Assembly: GCA_964016885.1 (NCBI GenBank)
Contig: OZ024751.1
Span: forward strand, 10,230,001-10,294,000
Origin: Eledone cirrhosa
Lineage: Eukaryota
Direction: 5' to 3'
Length of the DNA: 64,000 nucleotides
This document shows, piece after piece, positions 14,159 to 28,300 of this stretch. Position 1 is the stretch's first letter; the number at the start of each line of letters is the position of its first letter. The notes beneath the pieces were generated by a model. The model saw only the letters and a program-made list of their open reading frames with translations. It was not told the DNA's origin and made no database searches. A program made the position numbers and the translations under genes.

Positions 14159-14822
14159 AATATACCTGGTAATCTACTTCAAATGTAAACAGGCACCTTA
14201 AAGAAAGTACAGGGCACCAATAAGCAGCAGGATTTTATATATTTGACGAGTGCTCCATTAGTGTGCCTTTCTGTTTTTTTATTATTTAATCAAGAAGGGA
14301 AGGACATTGTCCATGACCATTTAGATCAGAGGTTCTCAAACCTTTTGGGCCGCCCTCAAGGCCACAAAATACCCTCAGTGCCCCCAACCCTATTTCCAGA
14401 GAGCCCTGCCTACATGCAAATTGTAAATAATATATATGAAATAGATAATATAATATATAATATGTATAAATAAATATTTCTGAGACAGGCAGGAGGGCAG
14501 TGAAGGGCAGTGTCCCAAACTCTTTTCAAGGCCTCTGAGGCAGGTGGGAGGTAAAAAGAACATTATCATGGTAACCACAGATCTAGTGGTCTCTATTAAA
14601 AGTAAGCAAGGGCCTGGTGGTAGTATTTGAAATAAGAGAGAAGAAAGCAGATACAAATATCACAAAATATTCTCCTCTGTTCTCTAACAACTTTGCCAAT
14701 TCACTGCTGTACACTAAAAATGAATGAATGTAAATAATAAATGCTTTATTCTGTTTGTATTTGGTTTTAGTGGAAAGAACAGAAGTGGATTACTTATATA
14801 ATCATAGTAAAACTTGACATAC

Positions 14823-14911
14823 CTGAAAACATAGACCATTTGTTTATTTCCAAGACCCCACACATGTTGTTCACTGCTACACAAGGCATGGATAGAGAGG
14901 TGTTTCACAAA
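14823..14911 (-). CDS. Lrrk: Lrrk exon, WD40-like ([23 protein letters not shown])
   Basis: 89 nt phase 0/2; aag acceptor, gtatg donor; beta-propeller-like pattern. Confidence 0.7.
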
Positions 14912-15226
14912 CTTGATAACAAAAATAAAGAAAAACATATCAACTCTCTTTATATATATATATATATATGTATGTAAAAGGTAAACAGAAATAACAACAC
15001 AATCGGTACAGTATATGGAAGGTATATATTAGGTTAACGCTTGATATAGCAGGAAGAGGGTCTTAACGTTTCGGACGTAGAGCAAATATTTATTCTAAGT
15101 ACAGATTAAAGTTTAAGCAAAGAATTGCTGCTTTTACCCTTTTACAGGATCTTCTTAAAAATCTGTTTCAGAAGATCCTGTAAAAGAGTAAAAGCAGCAA
15201 TTCTTTGCTTAAACTTTAATCTGTAC

Positions 15227-15276
<50 letters not shown>

Positions 15277-15368
15277 CACGTATATGTGTGTGTATATGTT
15301 TTTATTTGTGTGAATGTATATGTGTTTATTTATGTGAGTGTGTATAACTGAGTGAAGATAGTAGCTGT

Positions 15369-15402
<34 letters not shown>

Positions 15403-16650
15403 TAGCCAAATTACCCGTTCGTTGCTGCGTTTCACACATTTATTTTGTAAGAAAATGATGATTGATTTTAAATCAGTGATATAATTTATGGAGAAAAACT
15501 CTGCCTTTCAATATTACTCAATGTAAAATGTAATGCATGAAAAATTAGAATTTTTTGTAATATATCAAATCAAAATTACATTATTAAATCTTATTCTTAT
15601 TTTGTTTCTTGTAAATAATTTTTTTCAAAATATCAATTCAAAACTTGATCATTTCATTTTTGTGTAAAGCATTATTTTATTTGGGCTTCCAAAATTCTCA
15701 CTATAGGGGTTTCATATCTTGTCATTTACTTATGGCTTTTTTTGGTTGTAACTTCTCTGCTTTTTAGCCTAGGAAAATATATATATATGCCTACATATAT
15801 AATTACATGCATATATGTATTTATTTTCTTTTATTAATTGAGTTCTTTACACGAGGAATTAATATTGGTTTTGAAATAACTAATTAACCCGCGTGTGTTT
15901 TATATTTTACTCTTAATAATTCGGCCGGAGAATTATATTCCCATTTGCCCTTTATAGCATAACTTTCTGCATTTACTGCGGTTATGAGAAGCGGTTCTTA
16001 TTCAGGTACAACTTCTGATTTAGCCTAAGAAAATATCTATATGCATGTGTAATTTATACAAGCATATATTTATTTTTTTATTTTCAATTGAGTTCTTAAA
16101 CACGGATTGATAATGTTTTCAAAAAAACTAATTAACCCGCGTGTATATTATTTTTTTCCCTCATTTCGTGGATCGTAGGTTGTCTCCCCTTCCCGCTTCG
16201 TGTCGCTATGATACTTCCTCAGTCAAAAACTGCTGGAATTTCAAATTTGGCGGTCATTCGAGGTGAGAGAGAGCAACTTTACGGACATGATTTTTGACAG
16301 CGGTAAGAAATTGTTTTCTTATTTCAATGTTTAATGGGCTTCCACTGATGATTTATAAGTACCCACCTAAATATATTCTTACATGAATATATGTTAGGCT
16401 TCTACATAAACTGGAAACATTCTCCCAAACTTGTAGAAAACTTATAATGAAACAATTGTTTGGAAAGAGAGATATACTTTAACTTTAATTATATCTCATA
16501 AAATAATACAAATGGTTTTTCCACATTATACATATTGTTAGCACCCCAAACACTTAAATTGGGTTTATATTTTAATATAACCTAATGTTTGTTGAGTGAG
16601 ATGGTTACCAGTCAGAGTTTAGCTTTAAACTATCTCTGTTATTGTATTAA

Positions 16651-16681
<31 letters not shown>

Positions 16682-19600
16682 CTTACATACAGAGAGAGAG
16701 AGAGAAGAAGAAGGGAGATAATTCAACAAATATTTACCTTACTCTCAACACATTTATTTCGGTAGAAGGTGTAGATTTCCAACATATTTTTATCAGCTAT
16801 GTGAGTGCTAAGCCAGAGTTGAGTATAGCTTTCTCCATTATCTCGTAGATTATCTAAACAGACAAGATATAGTGAGAAAATATTAAGTAACAGAGCAAAA
16901 TACAAATAACTAGAGCTTGGGGCAAGTAGGACCATCAGACCATACCCACTGCTCCACTTATCCTCCTCCTCTTTCCCCTCACCTGGTCTCACCTGGCTAC
17001 AATGTAAAACATAAAAATACCCAAACTATTTACTTACCAAAACCATAATTATCAGATGAGGATCCATAAAAGAAGACACAAGACGCTAAAACAGTTACAG
17101 CAGCTTCAAGTGAAACGGCGTCCATAAAGTGACAAAATTCTGTACAACTTGCTAACTTAATGACATCATCCATGGAAGGGCGATCTTTGGGTTCCTGCGA
17201 CCAACAGAGGGTCATCAAATCAAGAAAGTGGGAAGGACATTCAGTTTCCTAAAGAATTAGAAAAAAAAATGATGATGATGGTCATATTAACAACAGCAAC
17301 AACAATAATATTGTAAAATACAGAGATCAGAGAGTCATTCCAGGCAGAGCTGTTACTTCTCTGAATTAAGAGATAACAGCTCTGATACTATGAGCATGTG
17401 GTGAGATTGTTGTCAGAAAAGAATCACTGGTGAGTCACTCAGGTATAGCCACTACTTCTCTAAATTGAAAGATCACAGCTCCAATATTATGGGCATGTGG
17501 TTAGAATGGAGTTCCTTCTAAGGGTCTTTGGAACAATGTTAGTCGATAGAATGTGTAGCTCAGAGATCAGAGAGCCATTCCAGGTAGAGCTGCTACTTCT
17601 CCAAATTAGGAGATCACCGCTGTGATACTATGGACATGTAGTTAGAATTGCTGGACAGATATTACAAGCAAAATCAACTTCTTGTGACAGGACCCACTGC
17701 AAGGAGTGTTTGAGGACTCTGCTCCCATGACCTTCTCAGTAATAAGGGGGCGAAGAAGTACTTTGTAATAGGAAAGGCAAATCTACCAAATAAAGGGACA
17801 GAAGGAATCTTCATCTGAGTTAATAATGACAACTTCCCTAATGCTGGTTCCACAATAAAATGCCCTCAATAGAGTACAGGAACGTAAGTAAATGAGATAT
17901 GAGCCCCCAGTCCTTCTATGAGGTCAGAAGCTTCACTTGAGAACTGACATTGTCTGTGATGACTCATCCAACCCTTGCTAGCAGGAAGAATGGACTTTAA
18001 ATGATGATGATGGATTTTAAATGATGATGGTGATGATGATTCTAACAAAAGTACAGGGCCAGAAATATTTTAATCAATTAACCAAAGAATTTAAAACAGA
18101 GTCCCAGAAATTAATCATCACCATTAACTTTGGTTCTCTTGTCAATTCTCCATTTTGACATCTCATATATAAAGCAGTGAATTGGCAGTCATTAGAACAT
18201 TGGCTAGAGTGTTGTGTGGTATTCATTCCAGCTCTCTGCGTTTAAATCACACCAAGGTCAACTTTGCCTTTTGTCCTTTCGAGGTTGATAAAAAAAAGTA
18301 CCAGTCAAGTACTGGGGTTGATTCTTCAACTATATCTATTTCTCATTCCTTCTCTGTAAAAAATCTCCTATATTCAGACATGGAGAAGAGCTTGGCTCTG
18401 CCAGGCTTAAAATTCCATAGAAACACTGTATATCAATACGGTGCTCCCCTATAACTCCAACAGGAGTTACAGGACCATATACTCTCTATGATATACTACT
18501 GAAAAATAAATATAAATTATTTTTTAAAAAACTGAAAAATTGAATCTCCTACCTCTGGAGTAACTTTTGGTCTTCCACCTTGACAAATGAAATTGTTTAC
18601 ATGAGACTCTTTCCACAATGGTTGCTGGCATGTTACCAATTCATAGATAAACATTCCAAAGGAGAAACTATCAACCTGGAAGCAAGAAAAACATCATAAT
18701 TATTTATATATATATATATACATATATATATACAGTGAAACTTCAGTTAACGAACACCTCTCATCACGAACAAATCAGTTCGCGAACAATTAAATTATAT
18801 ATATATATAGAGATAGATAGATAGATATCAATTAAAAGTAGTTAAGATGGGGTTACTTCACCTAATTACTTTATTGCATGATATATATTTCTGTTACATG
18901 GTTATGCATGTGACTTCATCAGATGCTCATACAAATAGATGCAGTTATGCAATCATGGAGATATTGACAGTAAGTGTACATAAGAATTCCAGCTTTGAAC
19001 AAGGTACATAACTCTGCATGTCCTTTGTATTTTTGAGATAACTGGTAAAACAAAAAACAATAGATTCTCCAACTACATCTGAACTAAATTCTTGACATTA
19101 GGGAGGGCAACCAATTGTAAACATTTTTTTTTTTCACAAAAAAATAAAAAAATAAATATTCTATCTGATATGCAGAAGCACAAAAAAAAAGAATTAAAAA
19201 AAAGGATTTTAAATAATGAAAAAAAGGTAATGTTTACCTTATCTGTGTATATGTCCTTTCCCACATGTTGAAGTATCTCTGGAGCAATGAAAGGTGGAGT
19301 CCCACCAAAGCCTTTAGTTCCAGTTGGCAAGGACATACGACTAATGCCGTAGTCAGCAAGCCTAACATCAACTTGGAAGTCAGGATTTACTGCAAGTGGG
19401 ATGGGGAATGACCAGACAAGGACGTTTTCTGATTTAAGGTCGCGGTAGATTATTCCTTTTGAATGGAGATAAGATAATGCTGATGCAATCTGAAGAGAGA
19501 AAAATGAAGATTGAAATAAATGAACCAAGGACAGTGGCTTGGCAGTATTAGTAGAGTGTCAGACAACGTGCCTTACAGCATATACAAAGGTTCAACTGAA

Positions 19601-21103
19601 AAGTTCAAAGGCTGTCTATGAAGAAGTGATGCTACAGCTGTGAAATCTTGTAGGCATTAATTTCAACTCTTCTTATTAATAACTGTATTGTTTCTGTTCA
19701 GGGACTGTTGAAAATTAAACCTCATTTGGTCATTCTATGAGAGTATCTTGGTCAGCCTATGATCTTTTCAGTTGACCCTCATACACTACACCACACTCAA
19801 AGATCGCATATACAAGTGGCCAAAATGGAGTTCCTCTGAAGGGTCTTTGGAGTAATGTTACAAAGAGTGCTTAGCTTGACGATCAGATAATCGCTCAAGG
19901 TAAAGCCGCTACTTCTTCGAATTGAGAGATCACAGCTGTGATACTATGGGCATGTGATTAGAATGTCTCAGGAGAGAATCACTGGAGAGTCACTCCAGGT
20001 AGAGCTGCTGCTTCTCTGAATTGAGAGATCACAGCTCCAACACAATGAGCATGTGGTTAGAAAGTCTCAGGAAAGAATCACTGGAGTGTCACTCCAGGTA
20101 GAGCTACTACTTCTCTGAATTGAGAGATCACAGCTCCGATACTATGAGCATGTGGTTAGAATGTCTCAGGAAAGAATCGGTGGACAAATTTTATGTGCAA
20201 AACTAATCAACAGGAGACCCAGGGGTAAACTCCAATCAAGATGGTTGGATAACATCCATGAGCTTAGCTGGTCTCGCTTGGGGACATCAGTTAGAGATGG
20301 TTGTTTCTGGTAGGACCTGCTGGAAGGAGTGTTTGAGGGCTCTGTCCTCATGACCCTCTCAGGAATATGTGACAAAGAAGAAGAAAATACTCAAAGAATC
20401 ATACCAACCTGTAATATAACATTTTTAACAGCAAACACAGGCAGCATGTCTTGCTTATCTCGATATGTTTTCAATAAAGAATTTAATGAGCCATGTGGTG
20501 CCAGTTCAAGAACTAAGGCCAAAGGATGAATAACGACGCCCAAAAGTTCAACAATCTGCGGATGATGAAGAGATTGAAGAATAGCAATCTCTTGCCGTGC
20601 TGTTGTATACGCATGGACTGCATTATACATACGATGGTCAATCGTCTGAAGAAGAGAAAATACAGCTTAGTTCATAGAATACAATACTCCAACAGCAAAT
20701 ACACACCTCTTCTCTGGAATTAGTTAATAATGTGCTTAAAACAAGATTACATTTAACAAATGCATGTACACACATTATCATCATCATCATCATCATCATC
20801 AACGTTTAACGTCCGTGTTCCACGCTTGCATGGGTTTGGACATATATATATATATATATTAATCAATGAAAAAAGATGCCAAGCACTCAACAGTATAAAT
20901 TTATCCGGAGTATTATTATACTATTATAATAATAGTAATAAACGAAAGATATATACTTTATATCATCTCTATTTATTTTGTTATATATATTTCGAAGATG
21001 TAAAGTTTTATGTATAACATATATATATATATATATATATGTCTATCCACTCCCACTTGATCACAATCTTATGTATAAGATTGTAATCAAGTGGGAGTGG
21101 ATA

Positions 21104-21147
<44 letters not shown>

Positions 21148-24100
21148 TGAAGTTAGAAGGCCATAACAATGCAGGTATGGATATAGAATATAAATATAAA
21201 TGCAAAAGATATTGCTGACAATTAGTCTTTTACCTTAATTTATTTATATATCCTGATATTTCGAGTTAATATCTCTTCGTCTGAGGAAAGTAAAGGGGTT
21301 AATCCAGTGTCCTAGTGGGTTGTCAAGTCATGCTGACCGGAAGTAGTATAAAATTCCATTCTACTTCTAATGTCAAAGAGTGCAGGTTAAGTGTAGTAGA
21401 AGACAACTCCCAAAGTCCAATTACATCACTAGAAATAGCAGACTGCCCACTTTCTATCACCTCATCAAGACCCACAAGAATAATACTAAGACACAAATAA
21501 GACCCATCGTCTCTAGCATAGAAGGGCCTCCTATACAAAATTTCCTGACTCCTCTCTCAGGTCCTAAAGCCTTTACTCTCCACCTTTCCCGGGCATGTCA
21601 GTAGTTCCAACGAGGTCATACGTAGACTACACCAACTCCAGCCAGAACAAGTTAAACTCAATAGCCCTTTAGCCTCGACGTTGTCTCCCTCTACACTACA
21701 GTCTCCACTCATCCAGCTGTTGATTTATTGACGAACTGCGTGGTCGCAGAAGACGTCCACTGCTACGGCCTCCATCCGATGGACATACACCAGCTTTTGT
21801 CCTTCACGGTGGACAACACGTCCTTCAATGTGGACAACACATACTTCACCTTCCACCACCACACATAGACAGACAACAGGATTACCCATGGGATCGGGCC
21901 TGCTGGCCATCACTTATATAAACCAGCTAGAAAGCCGAGCCATCAACACCTGCCATTCCTATACTTTCTTCACCCGGTATGTAGATGACATACTCATCCT
22001 TACATTATCCCATGAAGAAGCGAATAAAATATACATGACATTCTCTAGCATGGACGCCAATATAAAGTTCAGCATCGAACACCCCGATTAGACTTCCAAC
22101 TCAGGGTAACAGAGGAAGGTGACATCCACACCTGCTTCTATAAAAAAGCCGCCAGCAGGGACTTGTTCGTCTATTTCAGGTCAGCCTTCCCACTCGGTGC
22201 TAAGTTCAGATACATAAGGAACGAACTGACACATATCTGGAACAAATGCACCGACGCTGGAGACCAAGACACACACACCACGCACTTCCTGGAAGTACTT
22301 AAACTGAACGGATACCCGACGTCCACCATGAACCATGCCAGAAACAACAGAGGACACCACACCCGAAGCACTAACACCTGCTTCCTGAAGCTCCCACACT
22401 TCAGTGACGAAACAACAACAGTCATCCGCAGAGCTATCAGACGAGAGAGACTAGATATCCAGCTAGCCCACTCAGGACCTTCCCTATGTGGACAGCTCGC
22501 CAAGAGAGACTCCACCAGACAAGACAGCCGCTGCACGTTGGCCAACTGCCCCATCAACGACACAGACCTATGCCACCAGGCATACGTCATCTACAGATTA
22601 GAGTGCGACAAATGCAGCAATTTCTACATAGGTAGCACCACCAGACCACTTCACATTAGAATAAAAGAACACCTCAATACTAACGCTTCCTCATTTAAGA
22701 AACACCTAGTGAAATGTAAAAACACCAACAAAAACATAATAGTTAGGATAGGAGTTAAGGAAAGAAACCTCGGCAATCTTAGAATTAAAGAAGCACTAAT
22801 TATAGACAAAACGCAACCACCAATCAATAATAGATTAGAACTCAACACCCAATTTTTAACATGATAGAGCATTTAGCCCCCATATTTACATCTCCACGTA
22901 TCCTCTCACACTCACACACGCATACTTACACCTTTGTGTATACTCTTACACACACAGACATACATATCCAAACCCTTTAAAGGGAGACAACTCTTTATCC
23001 ACTTAACCTGCATTCTTTGACATTAGAAGTAGAATGGAATTTTATACTTTCGGTCAGCATGACTTGACAACCCACTAGGATACTGGATTAACCCCTTTAC
23101 TTTCCACAGACGAAGAGATATCTCGATATATCAGGATATATAAATAAATGTAAGGTAAAAGACTAATTGTCAGCGATATCTTTTGCATTTATATTTATAT
23201 TCTATATCCATACCTGCATTGTTCTGGCCTTCTAACTTTAAACGTTTATACCTCACTACACAATGCTTCAAGTAAACTACCAATTCCTTCATATATATCA
23301 TCACCATCACCGTTTTACGTCCGTTCTTCCACGCTAGCATGGGTTAGACGGTTGTCCTGTTGTGGGCAGTGTCTGGTCAGCTGACCTTGTCTTGCTCATA
23401 CGGGAACTGATTCTGGCCTGATTTCTACAGCTGGATGCCCTTCCTAAAACCAACCTCATTTACAGTGAGTGCTGGGTGCTTTTTTTCCGTGGTGCCTACA
23501 CGTCCACTTTACAGTGTGGGCTGGGTGCTTTTTTGCCGTGGCACTGCCACAACCACTTTGCAGTGGGAGGATGTGGGGGCATATTGTCTATATACTTCAA
23601 CTTCGGTTTGTACCCATGGGGGGGGGGGTATTCTGTATTACTGCGTGACGCCAGAGATCATGGTCGTGTGTCATCGCCTTTGAGAGGTGTAATTGGGTAA
23701 GGTCGGCTTTTATCACCTCATCCCAGGTCTTCTTGGGTCTCCCCACTCAGCGGTTTCCATCGACTTCTCTGCACCTTTTAATGCAGGTGTCATCCTTCAA
23801 ACGCATCACATGTCCATACCAACGCAACCGCCTCTTCTGCACACAGGAGAGGCGGTTGCGTTGGTATGGACATATATATATATATATGTTATACATAAAA
23901 CTTGACATCTTCGAAATATATATAATGAAATAAATAGAGATGATATAAAGTATATATATCTTTCGTTTATTACTATTATTCATCATCATCATCATCATCA
24001 TCAACGTTTAACGTCCGTGTTCCACGCTTGCATGGGTTTGGACGGGGCTAGTCCCACTTGAGGCAAGAGTGATCGTCTTGCTCGCATAGGACTGTCTGGC

Positions 24101-25321
24101 AGGTTTTCTACAGTTGGATGCCCTTCCTAACACCAACCACATTTACAGTGTGGGTCTGGGAGGTTTTTACCGTGTTGCCTACACGGCCACATTACAGCGT
24201 GGACTGTGTGTTTTTTTGTCGTGACACCTACACGATCTCATTTGTTTCGGCCTTGATGGCGCGGCACCAACATAACTTTACATAGAACGGGGTGGTGTGG
24301 ATAGGGTGGGGGTGGTGGTGGTGGGACGGGGTGTATTTTGTTAGAGATGCCTACTGGCTGGAGTAGGTTTTGCTATATATTTAGGTAAGGCGGGTCTTCT
24401 CTGTTACTGAGTACCGCCAAAGGTCTCGGTCCAGTGACATTGTCTTGGAGAGGTGTAAGTGTGTGATGTCGGAGTTTATCTTATATATATATATATATAT
24501 GAAACAACAAGCGCTCAGCCTTCGGGGTCCCGACTCTTTCACATGACCATACTCTACTACTCCAAGTTGATATATATATATAGGTTTTTAAAATCCAATG
24601 TCAATAAATACACCAGGATTTTTTCATTCTGATGATTGAAAGCAAAATTTGTTTGCTTTCAAGAAACCACTGATAAATGAAATAATTGCCTTATGTTGTT
24701 TATTACATAACTATTAAGCTCTGTAACCTACATAGAGCACTCTTTTTTCCTGGATCTTTCCGACGGAATTACTTCATTTACACATATATATATATATATA
24801 TAAATAGAAGCTTCGCTGTAATATTTTTTACTATAATTGTTTCTACTTTTTGGCACAAGGCCAGCAATTACCCAGTGCATTACTGGGACTTTATTTTATC
24901 GACCCCATAAGGATGAGAGTCAAACTTAACCCCGACGGGATTTGAACGCAGAATGGCAAGGGCCGAAACTCTATGCATCAAAGCATGGCGTCCGACCCTC
25001 TACCGATAATGCCAATCCACCGCCATTATATTTTTTACTATAATACAGGCTAATAATGAGGCATATAAACCCACTTTATACCCCATTATTTGACTATATT
25101 ATAGTCAAAATTATTACAGCGAAGCTTCTATTTCGATTCGCAACTTTGTTCACTGCATTCCAAACATATTTCCTCTTTTTATATACACACATGATGGCTG
25201 CCCCCTCGTTATCGAGTATGGCCATTGCACGAGGAGAGAAAAAAATAAAAATAAATAAATAAAAAAAAAAAAAATTAAAAAAAAAATTAATAAATAAATT
25301 TAAAAAAAAATAAAAATAAAA

Positions 25322-25380
<59 letters not shown>

Positions 25381-28300
25381 CATGCACATACATATACATA
25401 CATACACACACATATATATACACACACATACATTAATAACAATAATAATAATAACAACAATAATAATAACGACAACAACAATAATAATATACATATACAT
25501 ATATATATACACACACACGCACGCACATAAGCATATCTACACACACACACACACACGATAGCAACTAACAGCGCTGCGATCGAATGTGGCTTTTTAGCCC
25601 AGCCAATGATCTAAAATGTCTTGCACAGAGTCGGCAACCAAAACATTCACTGGAAATAGTCGGCTGTGGTTGGAGTTTGTGTACTTTTGCATGTCGCTTG
25701 AGCCCTCCTGCTGATTTACATTCTCTACCACATGTTTGGCAAGCATGATGAGTAGCATCTCCAACAGCAGCCTGGTAGTCAACCACTGGTCTTACTCTAT
25801 GACTGCGAAGATGACTTTCGAGTCCAGCTTTGCTTAGGCAGAGTCTCGCACAGACACTGCATGTCAGCACCATAGGAGGACCCTCGCCGTCTGGAAGTGC
25901 AACAGCAATGCCCTTCCTCACATCCCGCTTTACTTTCTCGTATGCGATTCGAGATGCCCCAAAGGCAACTTTTCCCTCATATACAGTCTTTCTCCATTTA
26001 TTACGATCAGCAGCAATATTTTCCCATGTATCAGCAGAGATGTTAGCGTCTTTCAGGTCTGCTAGATTCATTGTGGGTAAAAAACGATGCTATATGCTTT
26101 TCTGGGTGGAAAATGATAATGGGCTGGGTGGGGTAAACATCATGTTAGCAGAAAAATGGGTGGATAAGATAATAGACGTAAATAGAGTGGATGACAGAAT
26201 AATTAAAATAAGACTTGTTCTATTTAGAACTACTGTGACAGTAATATCTGCGAACGCGCCCCAATCCGGACTGCCTGGCGCTATAAAAGACAGTGTCTAT
26301 GAGACACTGATGCTCACTACCTCCCAAATAACCGACAGTGACTATATAATTATTGCTGGTGACCTAAATGGTCACGTTGGACAACATTGTGACGGCTATG
26401 ACGGAATCCACGGAGGCTATGGGTTTGGTACTAGAAATGAGGAAGGCTCCAGAATCCTGGAATTCTGTGACGCAAATAACCTAACTATCTGTAACACTAA
26501 CTTAAAAAAACGAGACAATCACTTGATCACCTACAGATCAGGGAAACATACCAGCCAGGTAGATTATATCCTTACCAGAAGACGTGACAGAGTGTCTGTT
26601 GTAAACACTAAATCCCTCCCCCATGAAGAATGCACCTCCCAACATAGACTCATAATTAGCGACCTCATAGTCAGGATGAGACGTACTCGACAGCAGAAGA
26701 GGACTATCCTCAGGAGAAAAATATGGAAGCTAAAGGACCCCACAGCCAGAAATAAATTTAAAAGCATATTACTTGATGCTTTCGACAGTAAGGAAGAGCA
26801 TTTAGAGTCGCACAATATAGAGGAACAGTGGGAATTCCTGAAAGCAAACCTGCTGATGGCGGCAGATGAAGTCTGTGGCTGGAGCAGGCCTGTAGGCAGG
26901 AGGAGAGTAACATGGTGGTGGAACAGTAAGGTGGAAGAGTCAATTAAGGCCAAAAAGCAGGCTTGGAAAGTATGGCGAGATGGGGGAAGTAGAGAAGACT
27001 ATCAAGTGGCCAGGAGGGAAGCTAGGAGACGAGTGTACTTTGCAAGAAGGGAAGCAGAGGAAAGAAAGTTCAAGCATGTTCTACAACACGAGGACCAAAA
27101 ACGTGAGGTGTTCAGGATTGCTAGGCAATGTGTCAAGGAAAACCGTGATATTGTCGGAGAGAAGTGTGTACTTAATGATGATGGTGTACTTGCCATCACT
27201 GACGCTGATAAGAAGGTAGCTTGGAAGTGTCACTACGAAAGGCTACTAAATGAGGAGAATAAATGGGAGAAAGACAGTCTCCCCCACATCGACCCAATAG
27301 AGGGACCAGCAGTGTTAGTCGAAGGTAGTATAATAAGTAAGGCAATCAAAGATATGAAGACGGGTAAGGCGGGTGGGCCTTCGGAAATAGTTGCTGAAAT
27401 GCTGAAAGCTTCTGGAACGGTGGGACACACCATGGTCACCTGGATAGTAAACCAAGTCATACAGAATGGGGTTGTTCCGAAGGACTGGCGTAGCAGCATC
27501 ATCATTAACTGCTACAAGGGTAAATGAGATGCCCTAGATAGGAGTAACTATAGAGGCATTAAATTAATCGACCAGGTCATGAAGGTCACAGAAAAAGTAA
27601 TAGCGCAACTAATCAGAGAGAGAATTGATCTAGATGAAATGCAGTTCGGGTTTGTGTCAGGCAAAAGTAACACAGACGCTCTTTTCATTGTACGACAACT
27701 ACAGGAGAAGTACCTAGCTAAAAGTAAACCCCTATACTTAGCTTTTGTCGACTTGGAGAAAGCCTTCGACAGAGTCCCCCGTTCCATTATCTGGTGGGCT
27801 CTTAGAAAACTAGGTGTTGATGAATGGCTTGTGAGAGCTATACAAGCCATGTATAAAGAAACAGTCAGCAAGGTTAGAATTAACAACGAATATAGTGAAG
27901 AGTTTAGCGTAAAAGTTGGTGTTCATCAGGGCTCCGTTCTTAGCCCTCTACTATTTATTATTGCCCTTCAGGCTATAACAGTGGAGTTCAAGACCGGCTG
28001 CCCATGGGAACTCCTATACGCAGATGATCTAACGCTCATAGCTGAATCAATGGCCGAACTAGAGAAGAAATTCCAAACATGGAAGTATGGCCTAGAATCA
28101 AAAGGCCTTAAAATTAACCTGTCTAAGACTAAAGTTCTAGTTTGTAGGAAGGAAAATAGGGCGCCGGTCAGCATCCGGGAAATGGCCATGCTCAGTGTGT
28201 AGGAAAGGAGTAGGTAGAAACTCCATTTTATGTCCCAAATGCAAAGTATGGGTGCATAAAAGATGTAGTGGGATCACAGGTAAGCTAACTAAGAACATAG

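Noticed and set aside
8128-16360. Other CTGATGA matches (8131, 11567 minus, 16345)
   Set aside because: No stem II-GAAA-stem III arrangement follows.
25830-27527. 565-aa ORF as a single protein
   Set aside because: The first ~80 codons are antisense of a different LINE; chimeric read-through.
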